Shown here: positions 44,050 through 54,546 of the stretch, in pieces
Position numbering within the stretch: position 1 is the first letter of the stretch
Layout of the letters: every line of letters begins with the position of its first letter
Source: an uncultured Aliarcobacter sp.
GTDB taxonomy: Bacteria > Campylobacterota > Campylobacteria > Campylobacterales > Arcobacteraceae
Assembly: GCA_963677435.1 (NCBI GenBank)
Contig: OY781945.1
Coordinates: 1,024,001-1,088,000, forward strand
Reading direction: 5' to 3'
Length of the DNA: 64,000 nucleotides
The notes under the pieces: generated by a model
Told to the model about the DNA's origin: nothing
Database searches by the model: none
Seen by the model: the letters and a program-made list of their open reading frames with translations, nothing else
Position numbers and translations under genes: made by a program

Positions 44050-45213
44050 ATGGGTGAAAAATCGAACAAAAACGAAAGAAGAGACTTTATTAAAAAAACG
44101 ACAATGCTTGGTGCAGGTTTAGTTTTTTATAACCCCGCAAATATTTTAGCAAATGAAAAAGGATATATAATGAATAAAACAATAAAAACAAAAGCTTATG
44201 CAGCATTCGATGAATCAGGTGTGGTTAAACCATGGGAGTTTGAAAGAAGAGCGGTAGGTGCTGATGATATTTTAATTGAAATAAAAGCAGCAAGTATTTG
44301 TCACTCTGATATTCACCAAGAAAAAGGACATTGGGGAAAACAACAATATCCACAAGTTCCAGGACATGAAATTGCAGGAGTTATCACTCAAGTTGGAAAA
44401 AATGTAACAAAGTTTAAAGTGGGTGATAGAGCTGGGGTTGGTTGTATGGTTGATGGTTGTACTACTTGTGAAAATGAAGAACAGTATCAATCAGATACCT
44501 TGTTTACTTATGGATACCCAGATAAAAGAGAACCAAGTGGAATTACACAAGGTGGATATTCAACTCATATTGTAGTAAGAGACCATTTTGCAGTGCATAT
44601 TCCTGAAAATCTTAGTTTTGAAAAAGCAGCTCCACTTTTATGTGCAGGGATTACAACATATTCACCTATAGTAAATGCTCAAATAAAAAAAGGAGATAAA
44701 GTTGCTGTTGCAGGTATTGGTGGTTTAGGTCATATGGCTGTAAAACTTGCCGTTTCAAAAGGAGCAGAGGTTTATGCATTAACAACAACAGCAGACAAAG
44801 TTGATAGTATAAAAGCAATGGGAGCAAAAGAAGTTATCGTAGTAGATGATACTAAAAAATTACAACAATATGCTGGACAAATGGATTATTTAATTTGCAC
44901 AATTCCATATCAATTTAATGTTGCAGCTTATGCAAGAATTGTTAAACCTTACGGATACTTTACCTTAGTTGGTATGCCAGAAGATTTCAAAATCACTTTA
45001 AATAACCTTGGTTTAGCAGCAAGTAGAGTTAACTTTAATGCTTCACTTATTGGAGGAATGAAAGAGACTCAAGAGATGATAGATTATTGTGTGAAACACA
45101 ATGTTTTACCTGAAATTGAAGTGATTAAAGCTCAAGAGATTACTCAAGCTTGGAAAAATATCGTTGATAAAAAAGCACGATATAGATATGTAATTGATAC
45201 TGCAACAATTTAA
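44050..45213 (+). CDS. Zn-dependent NAD(P) alcohol dehydrogenase (CAD/YahK family) with Tat-like signal
   Basis: RRDFIKK, ICHSD, GHEIAG, PLLCAGITTYSP and GIGGLGH motifs. Confidence 0.88.
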   Translation: MGEKSNKNERRDFIKKTTMLGAGLVFYNPANILANEKGYIMNKTIKTKAYAAFDESGVVKPWEFERRAVGADDILIEIKAASICHSDIHQEKGHWGKQQYPQVPGHEIAGVITQVGKNVTKFKVGDRAGVGCMVDGCTTCENEEQYQSDTLFTYGYPDKREPSGITQGGYSTHIVVRDHFAVHIPENLSFEKAAPLLCAGITTYSPIVNAQIKKGDKVAVAGIGGLGHMAVKLAVSKGAEVYALTTTADKVDSIKAMGAKEVIVVDDTKKLQQYAGQMDYLICTIPYQFNVAAYARIVKPYGYFTLVGMPEDFKITLNNLGLAASRVNFNASLIGGMKETQEMIDYCVKHNVLPEIEVIKAQEITQAWKNIVDKKARYRYVIDTATI

Positions 45214-45222
45214 AAGGTTTTA

Positions 45223-45681
45223 GTGTCGAGTATGAAACAAAAACTATTAATCATTTTTTCATTATTACTATTTTTACAAAGTTTTATGACAATAAGTGCA
45301 AATGAAATAAAACAAAAGGATAAGGATATGGGCAATAAACTTACAATTACAATAGATTCAAAAGAATTTGTTGCAACACTAGAAGAAAATGAAACAGTAA
45401 AAGAATTAAAAAAAAGGCTACCACTTAGTATTACTATGAATGACCTACATAGCAATGAAAAGTATTATCACTTTTCAAAAGCTTTGCCAACAGACAGTTA
45501 TAGCCCTAAGGTTATAAAGGCTGGAGATATAATGCTTTATGATAATTACAGTTTAGTTCTTTTTTATAAAACTTTTTCTACACCATATAAGTATACAAAG
45601 ATAGGTCATATTGATGATACTCATAGTTTAGAAGAAGCTCTTGGTTCAAAAGATATTACTATCACATTTAATCTTAAATAA
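45223..45681 (+). CDS. Cyclophilin-like fold protein with signal peptide
   Basis: LPLSITMNDL..NEKY, AGDIMLY..LVLFY and YTKIG pattern. Confidence 0.75.
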   Translation: MSSMKQKLLIIFSLLLFLQSFMTISANEIKQKDKDMGNKLTITIDSKEFVATLEENETVKELKKRLPLSITMNDLHSNEKYYHFSKALPTDSYSPKVIKAGDIMLYDNYSLVLFYKTFSTPYKYTKIGHIDDTHSLEEALGSKDITITFNLK

Positions 45682-45781
45682 TTTTCTCATCACTCAATTA
45701 TGCACGCTAAGGTACAAGAAATAATCTTCTTGTGCCTATCTATCACATAGCAAACAATTTTAAAATATTATTAGGAAAAAC

Positions 45782-46987
45782 ATGAAGAACAGAATAAAAA
45801 TTAATGAAGAGTCTGCTGTTCCCCTTTGGGGTGCAGTTTGGGCGATGTCATTATGTGCAATGGTTTTAGTTGCATCAGAATTTATGCCAGTAAGTTTACT
45901 AACGCCAATAGCCACTGAGTTAGCAATCACAGAAGGTCATGCGGGACAATCTATATCAATATCAGGACTATTTGCATTAGTAACGAGCCTTTTTATTACA
46001 TCAATTATTGGACATACAGATAGACGAAGTGTATTACTTTTTTTTACAGCCTTAATGGGTGTATCAGGAATAATGGTTGCCTTTGCACCTGATTCAAATA
46101 TATTAATGATTGGACGTGCTGTTTTAGGTATTTGTATTGGTGGTTTTTGGTCTATGTCAGCTGCTACAATTATGCGTCTTGTACCTAAAGAAATTGTACC
46201 AAAGGCATTGGCTATTTTAAATGGTGGGAATGCATTAGCAACTACAGTTGCAGCACCCTTAGGAAGTTATCTTGGTGGGATTATTGGTTGGAGAGGTGCT
46301 TTTTTTTGTATTGTTCCAGTTGCCGTTATTGCTTTTGTCTGGCAATATAAAAGTATGCCACACTTGCCTGCAAGGCATTCATATGGACATAGACCAAAAC
46401 TTAGTAGTGTATTTAAACTTTTAAAACAATGGAAAGTAACTTTAGGAATGCTTTCAACCATGTTCTTTTTTATGGGGCAATTTGCACTATTTACTTATCT
46501 TAGACCTTTTCTAGAAATACACACAGGTGTAGATGTTGAAACACTATCACTTGTTTTATTAGCTATGGGTGTATCAGGTCTTATAGGAACTTTTGTTATT
46601 GGAAATATTTTAAAAACAAGACTTTATAGCTTACTCATTGTCATTCCTTTTTTAATGATGATGATTGTAATTTCTCTTCTTTATTTTGGAAGCTCACTAT
46701 TAGCTGTATTTATTCTTATGAGTTTTTGGGGACTTTTGGGAACATCAGCTCCCGTTGCATGGTGGACATGGCTTAGTAAAACTTTACCTAATGATACAGA
46801 AGCTGGTGGAGGATTGATGGTTGCAATTGTACAATTGGCTATTACAGTAGGAGCAGCAGGTGGAGGTTTACTTTTTGATATTTACGGTTATGAAATTACC
46901 TTTGTGTTTAGTGCAATCATTTTAGCAGTTGCCACATTGATGGCAAGTGTAACAGCATTTTATACATATAAAAAAGAAAAAGCATAA
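45782..46987 (+). CDS. MFS transporter (NepI/DHA1-like)
   Basis: SEFMPVSLLTPIA, DRR, GGFWS and FTYLRPFL motifs; 12 TM. Confidence 0.88.
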   Translation: MKNRIKINEESAVPLWGAVWAMSLCAMVLVASEFMPVSLLTPIATELAITEGHAGQSISISGLFALVTSLFITSIIGHTDRRSVLLFFTALMGVSGIMVAFAPDSNILMIGRAVLGICIGGFWSMSAATIMRLVPKEIVPKALAILNGGNALATTVAAPLGSYLGGIIGWRGAFFCIVPVAVIAFVWQYKSMPHLPARHSYGHRPKLSSVFKLLKQWKVTLGMLSTMFFFMGQFALFTYLRPFLEIHTGVDVETLSLVLLAMGVSGLIGTFVIGNILKTRLYSLLIVIPFLMMMIVISLLYFGSSLLAVFILMSFWGLLGTSAPVAWWTWLSKTLPNDTEAGGGLMVAIVQLAITVGAAGGGLLFDIYGYEITFVFSAIILAVATLMASVTAFYTYKKEKA

Positions 46988-47222
46988 TTAAAAGTTGTTT
47001 TGTAATATATCTTTTTTGATGTACTAAAATTAATAGAAAAAATAATCAAAAGCTACTATAGTGTTTTAGATATAAGAGTTTAAGTGAGGAAAAAATTCGA
47101 ATTTATAAAAAGATGAATTAATCAAATAAGGGATAAGAATAAAGATTTATTAATTGTGAGATATTTAACGAATAAAGTCAAAAGAAAAACCCTTTTAGGG
47201 TATCTATTTTTATAAAAAGTAT

Positions 47223-47621
47223 TGGTGGAGATGTGCGGGATCGAACCGCAGTCTTAAAACAGATCATATAAGCGTCTACATGCTTAGCAGAGTTGAATAA
47301 TTTCACTTTACAACAGCTCAACTCCCCAGGCAATCATAAAGCTAAGATTTGGAATTTCTCTTTGAGTTTCAATCACCTTCTCAAAAATAATCTATCTAGT
47401 GTGAACCAGCATTTACCTACATAGATAGAATCTGTAGTGCCAGTCTCCAAAAGACTCAAGCCCGAAGGCGAGTCAGTAAGTTTTTAAAACTTACGCAGCT
47501 TTTGCGTAAGCTGGAGCGTAATTAGTATTATTTGCGTCTAAAAAAAATGAACCGCGTAACGGCATGTTCAGGCCGACATGCAACTTATACTCACTGCTCT
47601 AATCGATGCCAAGTCATCCCC
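47223..47621 (-). ncRNA. ssrA: tmRNA (transfer-messenger RNA); tag ANNTNYAPAYAKAA at 47491..47535
   Basis: 5' GGGGATG, 3' TTCGATCCCGCACATCTCCACCA tRNA-like end, internal tag ORF ending in AA*. Confidence 0.95.
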
Positions 47622-47770
47622 ATAACTTAAAAACGAAGTTTACAAAATATATTATTAAAAAGATGTTAATGTAATCAAAATGTTACTAAATGATAAATTG
47701 GATTTTGTTTCATTCGTTCTTATACTTTAAAACTGTATAATGGTTACATAAAAATATATCGGAGTGAATA

Positions 47771-48967
47771 ATGAGTAAAAAAGGTATTTTAATTATCGGA
47801 GCAGGTGGAGTTAGTCGAGTAGCCACTGTTAAATGTGCAATGAACATCGACACTTTTGAAAAGATTACATTGGCATCAAGAACAGTTTCAAAATGTGAAT
47901 CTATTGCTGCTGATATTTTAAAAAATCAAGGAGTACAAATTGATGTAGCTTCTGTTGATGCTGATAATGTAGATGAATTAGCAAAATTAATTCAAAAAAT
48001 AAATCCAAAATTAGTACTAAATGTAGCTTTACCTTATCAAGATTTAACAATTATGGACGCTTGTACAAAATGTGGAGTTGATTATGTAGATACTGCAAAC
48101 TACGAACATCCTGATGAAGCAAAATTTGAATACAAATTACAATGGGCAAGAAATGACCAATTCAAAGAAGCTGGAATCATGGGATTATTAGGTTCAGGTT
48201 TTGACCCAGGTGTAACTGGAGTATTTTGTGCTTATGCTCAACAAAACTTATTTGATGAAATCCACACTATAGATATTATGGATTGTAATGCTGGTGACCA
48301 CGGTTACAAATTTGCTACAAACTTTAATCCAGAAATTAACCTAAGAGAAGTATCTGCAAATGGTAGATATTGGGAAAATGGACAATGGATTGAAACTACA
48401 CCTCTAGAAATCAGAGTTGACCATGATTATCCAGAAGTTGGAGTAAAAGCTTCTTATCTTTTATACCACGAAGAGTTAGAATCATTAGTTAAAAATATCA
48501 AAGGTTTAAAAAGAATTAGATTCTTTATGACATTTGGAGATGCTTATATTCAACATATGAATTGTTTACAAAATGTTGGAATGTTAGGAATTGAGCCAGT
48601 TGAACATAAAGGAATGATGATTACTCCAATTGAATTCTTAACTACTCTTTTACCAGATCCTGCAAGCTTAGGACCACGAACTGTTGGTAAAACAAATATT
48701 GGATGTATCATTGAAGGTATTAAAGATGGAAAACCAAGAAAAGTTTACATTTACAACGTTTGTGACCACCAAGAGTGTTATAAAGAAACAGGAGCACAAG
48801 CTGTAAGTTATACTACAGGAGTTCCAGCAATGATTGGTTCTAAATTACTTTATAAAGGTATTTGGAAAAATCAAGGTGTATTTAATATTGAAGAGTTTGA
48901 TGCAAAACCATTTATGGATGAGTTGATGACTCAAGGTCTTCCTTGGAAAATCATCGAGTTGAATTAA
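47771..48967 (+). CDS. Carboxynorspermidine/carboxyspermidine dehydrogenase (saccharopine dehydrogenase family)
   Basis: IIGAGGV, YVDTANYE, GSGFDPG and FATNFNPEINLRE motifs; upstream of nspC. Confidence 0.9.
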   Translation: MSKKGILIIGAGGVSRVATVKCAMNIDTFEKITLASRTVSKCESIAADILKNQGVQIDVASVDADNVDELAKLIQKINPKLVLNVALPYQDLTIMDACTKCGVDYVDTANYEHPDEAKFEYKLQWARNDQFKEAGIMGLLGSGFDPGVTGVFCAYAQQNLFDEIHTIDIMDCNAGDHGYKFATNFNPEINLREVSANGRYWENGQWIETTPLEIRVDHDYPEVGVKASYLLYHEELESLVKNIKGLKRIRFFMTFGDAYIQHMNCLQNVGMLGIEPVEHKGMMITPIEFLTTLLPDPASLGPRTVGKTNIGCIIEGIKDGKPRKVYIYNVCDHQECYKETGAQAVSYTTGVPAMIGSKLLYKGIWKNQGVFNIEEFDAKPFMDELMTQGLPWKIIELN

Positions 48968-49070
48968 TTCTTTTTTCCATACTCTGCGTTGAAGATTAAA
49001 TTTTAATCGGTCGTTTACTATTTGTAAACTCTCTCATAAAATTCAATCTTCGCCTTAATTATGAAAAAAA
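48968..49070. repeat. Long imperfect palindrome (REP/MITE-like intergenic element)
   Basis: Nested arms TTTTTTCCATA/TATGAAAAAAA, GAAGATT/AATCTTC, ATTTTA/TAAAAT and GTTTAC/GTAAAC. Confidence 0.5.
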
Positions 49071-49107
49071 TCTTTTAATTCATAAATTTATTCTAAAAGG
49101 ATAAAAA

Positions 49108-49272
49108 ATGAAAAAATATATTTGTACGGCGTGTGATTATATTTATGATCCAGCAATAGGTGATCCTGATTCAGGGATTCAAGCAGGAACTGCATTTGAG
49201 GATTTGCCAGAAGATTGGGAATGTCCAGATTGTGGTGTAAGTAAAGAGGATTTTGAGCCACTTGAAGACTAA
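49108..49272 (+). CDS. Rubredoxin (54 aa; not in the ORF track)
   Basis: [61 protein letters not shown]. Confidence 0.95.
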   Translation: MKKYICTACDYIYDPAIGDPDSGIQAGTAFEDLPEDWECPDCGVSKEDFEPLED

Positions 49273-50410
49273 TAATATAATAGTAGATAGTTTTGACAAA
49301 CTACCAAGTCCAAGTTTTGTGTGTGAAGAGAAACTTTTAGAAAAGAATCTAATTCTTCTAAAAAGAATTCAAGATGAAGCAGATGTAAATATTCTTTTAG
49401 CACTAAAAGGTTTTGCTTTATGGTCAACTTTTGATTTATGCAAAAAATATCTAAAAGGATGTTGTGCATCTGGACTTCATGAAGCAATTTTAGCAAAAGA
49501 AGAGTTTGGCGGAGAAGTTCACACTTATTCTGCTGCTTTTAAAGATGATGAAATTGATGAGATTATTTCAATATCAAATCATGTGGTTTTTAACTCTTTT
49601 AATCAATTAAAAAGATACAAAGATAAAGCTTTTGGAAAAACATCATTAGGAATTAGATTAAATCCTGAATACTCATCTGTTGAAGTAGATTTATATAATC
49701 CTTGTGCACCATTTTCAAGAATGGGAACAACAAAAGCAAATTTTGATGAGTCTTTATTAGAGTATTTAGATGGTTTCCATTTTCATGCACTTTGTGAACA
49801 AAATGTTGATGCTCTAGAAGGAGCATTAGCAGCTTTTGAAGATAAATTTTCTCAATATTTCGACAAACTAAAATGGGTAAATTTTGGTGGTGGTCATCAT
49901 ATTACAAGAGCTGATTATGATGTTGAGGGATTAATAAAACTTTTAAAAGATTTTAAATCAAGATACCCACATCTAAAAGTTTATTTAGAACCTGGTGAAG
50001 CTATTGGTTGGCAAACTGGTTATTTAGTGGGAACAGTCTTAGATGTAATAAATAATGGTATGGATTTAGTTATTTTAGACACATCAGCAGAAGCTCATAT
50101 GCCCGATACTTTAGCTATGCCATATCGAGCAATGATAAGAAATTCAGGTCTTGCAGGTGAAAAGAAGCATACTTATAGATTGGGTGGAAATACTTGTTTA
50201 GCGGGTGATATTATTGGAGATTACTCTTTTGATAAACCTTTAGAAGTAGGGGATAAAATCATCTTTGAAGATATGATTCATTATACAATGGTTAAAACTA
50301 CAACTTTTAATGGTATAAAATTACCATCAATTATAATAAAACATAATGATGAGTGTTATCAAATTGTAAAAAACTTTGGTTATAATGATTATAAACAAAG
50401 ACTTTCATAG
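49262..50410 (+). CDS. nspC: Carboxynorspermidine decarboxylase
   Basis: [29 protein letters not shown] and [12 protein letters not shown] motifs. Confidence 0.93.
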   Translation: MKTNNIIVDSFDKLPSPSFVCEEKLLEKNLILLKRIQDEADVNILLALKGFALWSTFDLCKKYLKGCCASGLHEAILAKEEFGGEVHTYSAAFKDDEIDEIISISNHVVFNSFNQLKRYKDKAFGKTSLGIRLNPEYSSVEVDLYNPCAPFSRMGTTKANFDESLLEYLDGFHFHALCEQNVDALEGALAAFEDKFSQYFDKLKWVNFGGGHHITRADYDVEGLIKLLKDFKSRYPHLKVYLEPGEAIGWQTGYLVGTVLDVINNGMDLVILDTSAEAHMPDTLAMPYRAMIRNSGLAGEKKHTYRLGGNTCLAGDIIGDYSFDKPLEVGDKIIFEDMIHYTMVKTTTFNGIKLPSIIIKHNDECYQIVKNFGYNDYKQRLS

Positions 50411-50418
50411 GAGATTAA

Positions 50419-51357
50419 ATGACGGGGCATGAAAGAAATATTATTGATAATGAATTTTCAGATATGGAAGAAATAGATACAAAAGATTCAATAAAACATA
50501 ATTATAAAGATAAGAGTAGAAAAAGAGAAGATTTAGCCAAAAAAGAAGAAGAGGGAACAAAAAAAGTTCAAATTTGGGTTAGAGAAGAGACTTTACAATA
50601 TGAACAAGAGTTAACAAAACTTCAAATAGAACTTTTAAAACTTCAAAATCATGTAAAAGAAAATGGTCTTAAACTTTTAATGATATTTGAAGGTAGAGAT
50701 GCTGCTGGAAAAGGTGGTACTATTAAAAGAATTACAGAACATTTAAATCCTAGGGGAGCTAGAGTTGTTGCTTTAGAAAAACCAAGTGATATAGAAAGAA
50801 CTCAATGGTATTTTCAAAGATATACTCAATATCTTCCAAGTTCAGGTGAAATAGTTTTATTTGATAGATCTTGGTATAACAGAGCAGGTGTTGAACCTGT
50901 TATGGGATTTTGTACAACTGAAGAACACCATGAATTCTTAAGAGAAGTTCCTGAATTTGAAAAAATGTTAGTGAAATCTGGAATTATTTTAATGAAATTT
51001 TATTTTTCTGTTTCAAAAAAAGAGCAGTTAAAAAGATTTAAAAAAAGAGAAATTGATCCTTTAAAACAATATAAACTCTCTCCTGTGGATAAAGAGTCTC
51101 AAAATTTATGGGATAAATATACAATTGCAAAATTTTCTATGTTAATGGCTTCTAATACAGACATTGCCCCTTGGACTGTAATTAAAAGTGATAATAAAAA
51201 AAGAGCTAGATTAAATTGTATAAGGCATATTTTATCTCAAGTGAATTATGCAAATAAAACTGATGAAAATTTATTTGAAGTTGAAAATGAAATATTAATT
51301 AGTGGAACAGAAGAAATAGAGAATATGGAACAAGACAATAAATTTGCGAGGTTATAA
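50419..51357 (+). CDS. ppk2: Polyphosphate kinase 2
   Basis: FEGRDAAGKGG and FDRSWYNRAGVE motifs. Confidence 0.95.
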   Translation: MTGHERNIIDNEFSDMEEIDTKDSIKHNYKDKSRKREDLAKKEEEGTKKVQIWVREETLQYEQELTKLQIELLKLQNHVKENGLKLLMIFEGRDAAGKGGTIKRITEHLNPRGARVVALEKPSDIERTQWYFQRYTQYLPSSGEIVLFDRSWYNRAGVEPVMGFCTTEEHHEFLREVPEFEKMLVKSGIILMKFYFSVSKKEQLKRFKKREIDPLKQYKLSPVDKESQNLWDKYTIAKFSMLMASNTDIAPWTVIKSDNKKRARLNCIRHILSQVNYANKTDENLFEVENEILISGTEEIENMEQDNKFARL

Positions 51358-51360
51358 TAG

Positions 51361-52491
51361 ATGAATTTAGGTGATTTTGAAAGAACAAATTATAGTGGAT
51401 TATATATCTCAAAACAGAGCCATCCTGAATATGGAAATAAATACATAGCAAGATTTCAGCATGATAAAAAGAGATATGTAAAAGTTTTAGGTTATTCAAA
51501 AAGAGATAATTTAACTAGAAAAGATGCTTTTGAGTTACTAAAATCATTTAAAGAGTCTATTTTACAAAAATCTGAAGAGATAGTTGAAGAAAAAATTAAT
51601 TTACAGGAAAATAATTTGTTAGCTAAAGATAATGAAATTTTAAAAAAAGTACAAGAAGAAAATGAATTATTAAAATCAATTATAGGGGATTATAAAAAGT
51701 TAAATCCACAAGTTTTATCAGAGGGAATTCAAAAAATTTATGATTTAGATGCTTTGAAAAAATATCAAATAGAATTGATAAAACTTCAAAATTGGCTTGA
51801 AAAAGAGAATAAGCGTATGATTATTATCTTTGAAGGAAGAGATGCTTCTGGAAAAGGTGGAGCAATTAGAAGAATTACTAGATATATGAATAATAAACAC
51901 TATAGAGTAGTAGCTCTTGGAAAACCAACTGAAACACAAAAAAATGAATGGTTTTTACAAAGATATATCGAGCATTTTCCAACAGGTGGAGAGATAGTTT
52001 TATTTGATAGATCTTGGTATAACAGAGCAATGGTTGAGCCTATTTTTGGATTTTGTACACCAGAAGAGCATGAAATCTTTATGGAAGATATTGTTAATTT
52101 TGAGCAAGATTTAGTAAGACAAGGAATGATTTTAATTAAATTATATTTTTCTGTTTCAAAAGAAGAACAAAAAAGAAGATTTGATAGAAGAATCGAAGAT
52201 CCATTAAGACAATGGAAGTTCTCTGAAGTTGATATGCAAGCTCAAGATTTATGGGATGAATTCTCAGAAAAAAAATATGAAATGTTAAGACGAACAACTT
52301 CAAGATCTGCACCTTGGCATATTGTAAGAAGTGATGATAAACACAAAGCTAGACTTGAAGCTATGAAAATTATTTTAAATTCTGTTGATTATGATGGAAG
52401 AAATTATTCATTAGATTTTGATGCAAATGAAGAGATTAATATCTCTGTTCAAAAAGAACTTCTACAAATGAGAAAATCAAAAGATTACTAA
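51361..52491 (+). CDS. ppk2: Polyphosphate kinase 2 with N-terminal extra (Arm DNA-binding-like) domain
   Basis: FEGRDASGKGG and FDRSWYNRAMVE motifs; about 125-aa N-terminal extension. Confidence 0.9.
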   Translation: MNLGDFERTNYSGLYISKQSHPEYGNKYIARFQHDKKRYVKVLGYSKRDNLTRKDAFELLKSFKESILQKSEEIVEEKINLQENNLLAKDNEILKKVQEENELLKSIIGDYKKLNPQVLSEGIQKIYDLDALKKYQIELIKLQNWLEKENKRMIIIFEGRDASGKGGAIRRITRYMNNKHYRVVALGKPTETQKNEWFLQRYIEHFPTGGEIVLFDRSWYNRAMVEPIFGFCTPEEHEIFMEDIVNFEQDLVRQGMILIKLYFSVSKEEQKRRFDRRIEDPLRQWKFSEVDMQAQDLWDEFSEKKYEMLRRTTSRSAPWHIVRSDDKHKARLEAMKIILNSVDYDGRNYSLDFDANEEINISVQKELLQMRKSKDY

Positions 52492-52506
52492 ATCTTTTGA
52501 TTTTCT
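52471..52506 (+). terminator. Terminator-like hairpin overlapping the ppk2 stop
   Basis: AGAAAATCAAAAGATT-acta-AATCTTTTGATTTTCT. Confidence 0.6.
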
Positions 52507-52632
52507 ATACTAAAACTACAAAAAACTTATATAAATACTTCATCAAAACTCATTAAAATCAATGTTTTATTAAAGACTTAGTAATATTTAGATAAAATCA
52601 GCGTTAAAATTATAACAATCGGAGTAAATTTA

Positions 52633-53934
52633 ATGGAATTTAGCGCAAATAAAGTTGATGGTGCAAATGCTGTAATAACTGCAACTATCGCAAAAGAAGT
52701 AATAGAAGCAAATTTAGATAAAGTAGCAAAAGAAGCTGCTAAAACTATGAATGTTCAAGGTTTTAGAAAAGGTAAAGTTCCTGTAGCTGTTGTGAAACAA
52801 AGATTTGCAGATAAATTAAGAGAAGATGCAGAAGCTGATGCTTTAAGAAAAATTTTAAATGATGCTTTAAAAGAGTTAAATATTGCTAATGCAGATTTAA
52901 TTGGTGAGCCAACTATTTCAAAATTTGACAAAAAAGAAGATGGTTCTATTGATATAGAAATTGCTGTTGCTTGTAAACCAACTATTGATTTAGGTGATTA
53001 TAAATCTTTAATTCCAGCAGTTGAAGATAAAGAAGTAGATGCAAAAGATATTGATGCAAGATTAGAAGAAATTTCTAAATCTTCTGCGCCATTAGAAAAA
53101 ATTGCAAGAAAAAGAGCTGCAAAAGATGGTGACCATGCTGTTATCGATTTTGAAGGTTTTGTTGATGGTGTTGCATTTGAAGGTGGAAAAGCTGAAAAAT
53201 ATCCATTATTAATTGGTTCAGGTTCATTTATTCCAGGATTTGAAGAACAAGTTATTGGTATGAAATATGAAGAGCAAAAAGATATTGTTGTAACTTTCCC
53301 TGAGTCTTACCAAGCAAAAAACTTAGCTGGAAAAGAAGCTACATTTAAAGTAACTTTACATGAAATTCAAGAAAAAGTTGCAGCTGAATTAAATGACGAA
53401 TTTGCACAAAAAATGTTACCAGGTGAAGAAAATGTAACAATTGATACTTTAAGAGAAAAAATTAAAGAGCAAATTAAAGCAGAATCTATGAGTAAATATT
53501 ATAGAGAAGAATTAAAACCTGCATATTTAGAAACTTTAGTTCAGAGAATAGAATTTGCATTACCAAATTCTGTAGTTGATCAAGAGATTAACTATGCTTT
53601 AAACAATAAAGTAAGAACAATGAGCGAAGATGAAATTTCTGCATTAAGAGAAAATGAATCTAAAGTTGAAGAAATCAGAAATGAATTAAAAGAAGATGCA
53701 GTTAATTCTGTAAAAGCTACATTCATTATTGATGCATTAGCTAAAGCTGAAAATGTAGAAGTGTCTGATCAAGAAGTTATGCAAGTTCTTTATTATGAGG
53801 CAATGCAAATGGGACAAAATCCTCAAGATGTTGTAAAACAATATCAAGAAGCTGGATACCTACCTGCAATTAAAATGTCTATGATTGAAGAGAAAGTTAT
53901 ATCTAAATTATTAGATGAAAAATTAGGAAAATAA
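52633..53934 (+). CDS. tig: Trigger factor
   Basis: GFRKGKVP signature; FKBP domain FIPGFEEQ. Confidence 0.97.
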   Translation: MEFSANKVDGANAVITATIAKEVIEANLDKVAKEAAKTMNVQGFRKGKVPVAVVKQRFADKLREDAEADALRKILNDALKELNIANADLIGEPTISKFDKKEDGSIDIEIAVACKPTIDLGDYKSLIPAVEDKEVDAKDIDARLEEISKSSAPLEKIARKRAAKDGDHAVIDFEGFVDGVAFEGGKAEKYPLLIGSGSFIPGFEEQVIGMKYEEQKDIVVTFPESYQAKNLAGKEATFKVTLHEIQEKVAAELNDEFAQKMLPGEENVTIDTLREKIKEQIKAESMSKYYREELKPAYLETLVQRIEFALPNSVVDQEINYALNNKVRTMSEDEISALRENESKVEEIRNELKEDAVNSVKATFIIDALAKAENVEVSDQEVMQVLYYEAMQMGQNPQDVVKQYQEAGYLPAIKMSMIEEKVISKLLDEKLGK

Positions 53935-53950
53935 TAAGATAGGAATGATT

Positions 53951-54535
53951 ATGAGTTATATACCATATGTAGTTGAGAAAAGTGGAAGAGGGGAAAGAAG
54001 TTACGATATTTATTCAAGACTTCTTAAAGATAGAATTATTATGTTAAGTGGAGAAATAAATGATGCAGTAGCTTCTACAGTTGTTGCACAATTACTTTTC
54101 TTAGAAGCTGAAGATCCAGATAAAGATATCTATTTATATATCAACTCTCCAGGTGGAGTAATTACAAGTGGTATGTCAATTTATGATACTATGAATTATA
54201 TTAAACCTGATGTTTGTACTATTTGTATAGGACAAGCAGCATCAATGGGAGCGTTTTTATTATCTTCTGGAGTTAAAGGGAAAAGATACTCTTTACCAAA
54301 CTCTAGAATAATGATTCACCAACCTTTAGGTGGAGCACAAGGACAAGCGACTGATATTCAAATTCAAGCAAAAGAGATTCAAAGAATGAAAGATTCTTTA
54401 AATGCAATGATTGCAGAGCAAACAGGGCAAGATCTTGCTACAATTGAAAAAGATACAGATAGAGATAATTTCATGAGTGCTGCAGAAGCTTGTGCTTATG
54501 GTTTAATTGATGAAGTTATTGCTAAGCATAAATAA
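53951..54535 (+). CDS. clpP: ATP-dependent Clp protease proteolytic subunit
   Basis: [25 protein letters not shown] and MIHQP motifs. Confidence 0.98.
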   Translation: MSYIPYVVEKSGRGERSYDIYSRLLKDRIIMLSGEINDAVASTVVAQLLFLEAEDPDKDIYLYINSPGGVITSGMSIYDTMNYIKPDVCTICIGQAASMGAFLLSSGVKGKRYSLPNSRIMIHQPLGGAQGQATDIQIQAKEIQRMKDSLNAMIAEQTGQDLATIEKDTDRDNFMSAAEACAYGLIDEVIAKHK

Positions 54536-54546
54536 GAAAGTTTTTA

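Larger units (their letters stand above)
40960..47222. mobile_element. Decayed genomic island at the 3' end of ssrA (boundaries approximate; no integrase seen)
   Basis: Abuts the tmRNA 3' end; contains an alpA relic, an orphan gene and a cargo cluster. Confidence 0.5.
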
